Assembly (NCBI RefSeq): GCF_006345805.1
Contig: NW_021836264.1
Span: 1 to 24,167 of the forward strand
Source of the DNA: Octopus sinensis
Lineage: Eukaryota
DNA: 24,167 nt
Direction of reading: 5' to 3'
Below the pieces are notes generated by a model. That model saw only the letters and a program-made list of their open reading frames with translations. It searched no databases and was not told where the DNA came from. How positions within the stretch are numbered: the first letter of the stretch is position 1; every line of letters starts with the position of its first letter. Both the position numbers and the translations under genes were made by a program. Shown piece by piece: positions 20,891 to 24,167 of this stretch.

Positions 20891-22924
20891 CATATACATT
20901 ATATGTATGTGTGTGTACATATGCACAAAAATAACAAAAGTGTAATAAAAATATAATTAAGAAACGACTATTTTTGTCTTTCTGTCATTTTATTTGGAAA
21001 ATTTCTCATTTTCAAATTCATAATAATATTCCATTTTATTTGCTTCTTCTTTATTTTTTTTAGTAAAATATTTGTTAAAGCAATTTTTCTTTTTCTTTTG
21101 TTATAGTATATTAATTATTTGTTAAAGTAATTTTATTCTTTCTTTTATTGTTTGTTATATTAATTATTTCTTAAAGTCATATTATTGTTTTTGTCTTTTA
21201 CAGTTAATTTGCTTTGTTATTTTGTATATGTTTTCAAAAACTTGATGCATTTAGTAAATTGGAAATAAAAATGTGAATAATACCCAAGGAAAGAACGTAA
21301 AGCCGTCTGTGCTTCTATCTCTATGTGTGTGCGGCTTTATGTCTTGTTTGGTTTATAAATTTCACAGAAATGGAATTTCAGAATGACACTGAATATCTCT
21401 CTGTCTCTCTCACGCGTAACCACATATACATACACTCATAAAATGATATAATCACACACACACACACAGAGAAAGAGGTGGTACAAGAGAAAAACGCGTT
21501 CGAGATAGTGTAACGGTGACGATTCCAAGGAGGGTGTGCAGGGTATGAATGTGAGGTGGGACAAGAGAGTGGGTAAATGGGGGAGAAAAGGAGGTTGGAA
21601 ATAAAAGTTAGAAAGAATGTTTTAATGGGAAGAATAAAATGAATAAAGTTAAAAGAATAAAGTTAAAAGAATAAGAGAAATGTCGGATTTTTAGTTGGCG
21701 AGTGAATGTTTATTTAAATTACTAATTTCAAGAAGTCGTCGACAATAGCCATTAGAACTACAGCAGCAATAACTATAATAAAAATAAAAACAAATATTAC
21801 AAAAAAAAATCAATTAAAACACCCCCACACCCTTTATTGTCCAGGAAAAATGTGAAAGAATAAGAGAGAAGAAAGCCGTTTTGCTCACAATTTAATTTAC
21901 ACTCAATCAAAGTGGAACGATATTAATATTTGCTTTGTTTAGTTTTATTTCCAAATAATTCCATTGGAGCAGAAATATGGCAGGAAGAAGATGAAAAAGA
22001 AGTAGAAGAAGAAAGGTGGTTACTGAGTTTGAATTACATCGTATGCTATAACTGGATGGAGGGGTACTAACTGTCATAGCAGCACTTACCCTTTATCTGT
22101 GTGAGAGACACAACTTATTCTGTACAATTTCTCCCTTTCTGACAAATATTTTGTCTCCGAAAAGTCAGATTCTTTTTGTCTTTACGATAATGCAACATAT
22201 TTAAAGCCAAAGAAGTTTATTGCATCTATATATATATATGAATGATAGAAAATAGAGTCTACAATATTATTTAAAGCTACTACATTTGTTTCGATATATT
22301 TTTGCACCCGCAATACATACTGAGATGTGTAATCATTGTCATGCAACCGAAGCGTACAATGTACCTCCCCATGTGATTCCTGAAATAAGTCCTTCGTTAG
22401 AGCTTACCATCATTTCACTAAGTGTGAGAATTCATACTCAATGTGATGTGTCATTTTCCTCTCTTTACAGTCAAAACTAAATATATAGATATAGTGACAG
22501 ACAAAATACATAAAGACAGAAATAGAAGATAAGCAGAAAAATACAATATTCACATGTCTACAACTAAGACAACACTTTTCTCTTTTTCTACACTGACAGG
22601 CGAAGAGTAGTGTCCTAAAACCGTACAGATTCTAAAGTAGCCAAATAAAATCAGGGATTACTTTGTTAGTATCCAGTACTGAAAACGTACCGTGTGATTT
22701 TAACCATTAAAAGAATTCAGAGAAGAGTGTGATCAGGTACAATTGTTGTGAGTAATAAAGATTGTTAATTTTCGGGACTTTTTATAGCGAAGAAAAAAAT
22801 AAAACTGTTGCTTTGATCATGGATTAATAAATGAGATATTATATCGATGAACACTATGTATATTTCGACATTCCCCCATCACTACCGACATTCTATTGAA
22901 GGAGTTCTTTGAGTGTCTATAAAT

Positions 22925-23092
22925 ATTCTTTTCTTCTCTAGGCACAAGTCGCGAAATTATGTGGGATGAGGCCAATCGATTTGATCAATTCCAGTGCGCC
23001 ACTGGTGCTTAATTTATCCACCCCAAAAGGATGAAAGGCAAAGTCGACCTGCGCGGAATTTGAACTCAGAACGTAGCGGCAGACAAAATACC
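22925..23092 (-). mobile_element. SINE family B body lacking its first ~50 nt (tail type 1)
   Basis: Minus strand begins GGTATTTTGTCTGCCGCTACGTTCTGAGTTCAAATTCC, core GACTTTGCCTTTCATCCTTTTGGGG, tail GACTTGTGCCTAGAGAAGAAAAGAATATT. Confidence 0.85.
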
Positions 23093-23325
23093 TATTTCTT
23101 TATTACCCACAAGGGGCTAAACATAGAGGGGACAAACAAGGACAGACATAGGTATTTAGTCGATTACATCGACCCCAGTGCGTAAATGGTACTTAATTTA
23201 TCGACCCCGAAAGGAGGAAAGGCAAAGTCGACCTCGGCGGAATTTGAACTCACAATGTAACGTCAGAGGAAATACGGCTACGCATTTCGCCCGGTGTACT
23301 AACAGTTCTGCCAGCTTGCCGCCTT
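23093..23325 (-). mobile_element. Full-length SINE family B with Tx1-like tail (tail type 2)
   Basis: A box TGGCAGAACTG (23303-23313), B box GAGTTCAAATTCC (23239-23251), core, then tail CTGTCCTTGTTTGTCCCCTCTATGTTTAGCCCCTTGTGGGTAATAAAGAAAT. Confidence 0.9.
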
Positions 23326-23709
23326 TGAACCTGTAAATATTATGTTCGCAATGATAATAATAATTTCATATAGTTTTTACTCCTTTTTTAACACTGTTAC
23401 ATTGTGTCAAACATTCCACCTATCCCAATCTGGCGCCATTTAAGCGTAGTAAGTATACGGTCTTTTATAACATGTTCTTACGTTGTTATGTCTGCTGAGA
23501 CATGAAACAACAATAAATAAAGTATTTCCATTTCTTGCCATTGTTTGCTCTCAAGTCTTGTGATTGCAAGTGTTTCATTGTCATTGCTATGTTGCAGAGC
23601 GCGGGAGAGGAGGAGTTTCCGAAAGAGAGAGTTATTGGTGAAATAGAAGACAAAGAGAACATTCATCATGTGAGAAAAAGGAGGAAAAAATGGGAGATGT
23701 AAATAATAA

Positions 23710-24072
23710 CTCTTTACTCTTTACTCTTTTACTTGTTTCAGTCATTTGACTGCGGCCATGCTGGAGCACCACCTTTTAGTACTTATTCTATCGGTCTCTT
23801 TTTGCCGAACCGCTAAGTGACGGGGACGTAAACACACCAGCATCGGTTGTCAAGCAATGCTAGGGGGACAAACACAGACACACAAACACACACACATATA
23901 CATATATACGACAGGCTTCTTTCAGTTTCCGCCTACCAAATCCACTCACAAGGCATTGGTCGGCCCGGGGCTATAGCAGAAGACACTTGCCCAAGATGCC
24001 ACGCAGTGGGACTGAACCCGCAACCGTGTGGTTGGTTAGCAAGCTACTTACCACACAGCCACTTCTGCGCCT
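23710..24072 (-). mobile_element. tRNA-derived SINE family C (young-looking) with CORE-like segment and CR1-type tail
   Basis: A box TGGCTGTGTGG (24051-24061), B box GGTTCAGTCCC (24008-24018), CORE-like CTTGGGCAAGTG, internal (TG)n, tail GGTGGTGCTCCAGCATGGCCGCAGTCAAATGACTGAAACAAG + (TAAAGAG)n. Confidence 0.9.
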
Positions 24073-24094
24073 GTGGATATAAGGATATAAAACT

Positions 24095-24167
24095 AATATT
24101 TTCTCCTCTAGGAGGGGAGAGGGGGAGCCAGTCGATTAGATCGACCCCTGTACGCAACTGGTACTTA
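24095..24167 (-). mobile_element. SINE family B 3' part, cut by the window edge
   Basis: Plus strand GCCAGTCGATTAGATCGACCCCTGTACGCAACTGGTACTTA matches the family-B core (compare 23159-23195). Confidence 0.75.

Noticed and set aside
22576-22640. Strong plus-strand acceptor-like site TTTTCTCTTTTTCTACACTGACAG
   Set aside because: All three frames stop within 12 codons and there is no supporting gene structure.
23990-24072. tRNA-like sequences with A/B boxes (also 14101-14160, 23239-23325, 2520-2600)
   Set aside because: These are SINE heads continuing into SINE bodies, without a complete cloverleaf or acceptor stem; not tRNA genes.

Overview
This is an AT-rich, microsatellite-saturated eukaryotic intronic or intergenic window with no confidently identifiable host gene. 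It is most likely octopus/cephalopod, inferred from the tRNA-derived SINE families and repeat density; no database search was run. It contains: three 5'-truncated CR1-group LINE fragments; a decayed RTE-clade LINE; at least three tRNA-head SINE families (called A, B, C here; about 11 copies or fragments); a complete 379-bp non-autonomous Helitron; a small hAT-like MITE; a probable RTE-derived non-autonomous element; and two 3' ends of a Tx1/L1-clade LINE inserted in a (GATA)n array. The longer Tx1 copy carries a ~240-bp fold-back inverted duplication. The most interesting signals are: (i) an apparent (GATA)n-targeting Tx1 family; (ii) a SINE whose tail matches the Tx1 3' end and which appears to have inserted into the tRNA head of its own family; (iii) a CATGGCC-hairpin-AAAC 3' motif shared by three CR1-group LINE families and a SINE, with compensatory stem changes. 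Almost all ORF-track entries are translations of microsatellites. Homopolymer indels around 15.9-16.9 kb suggest uncorrected long-read errors there.
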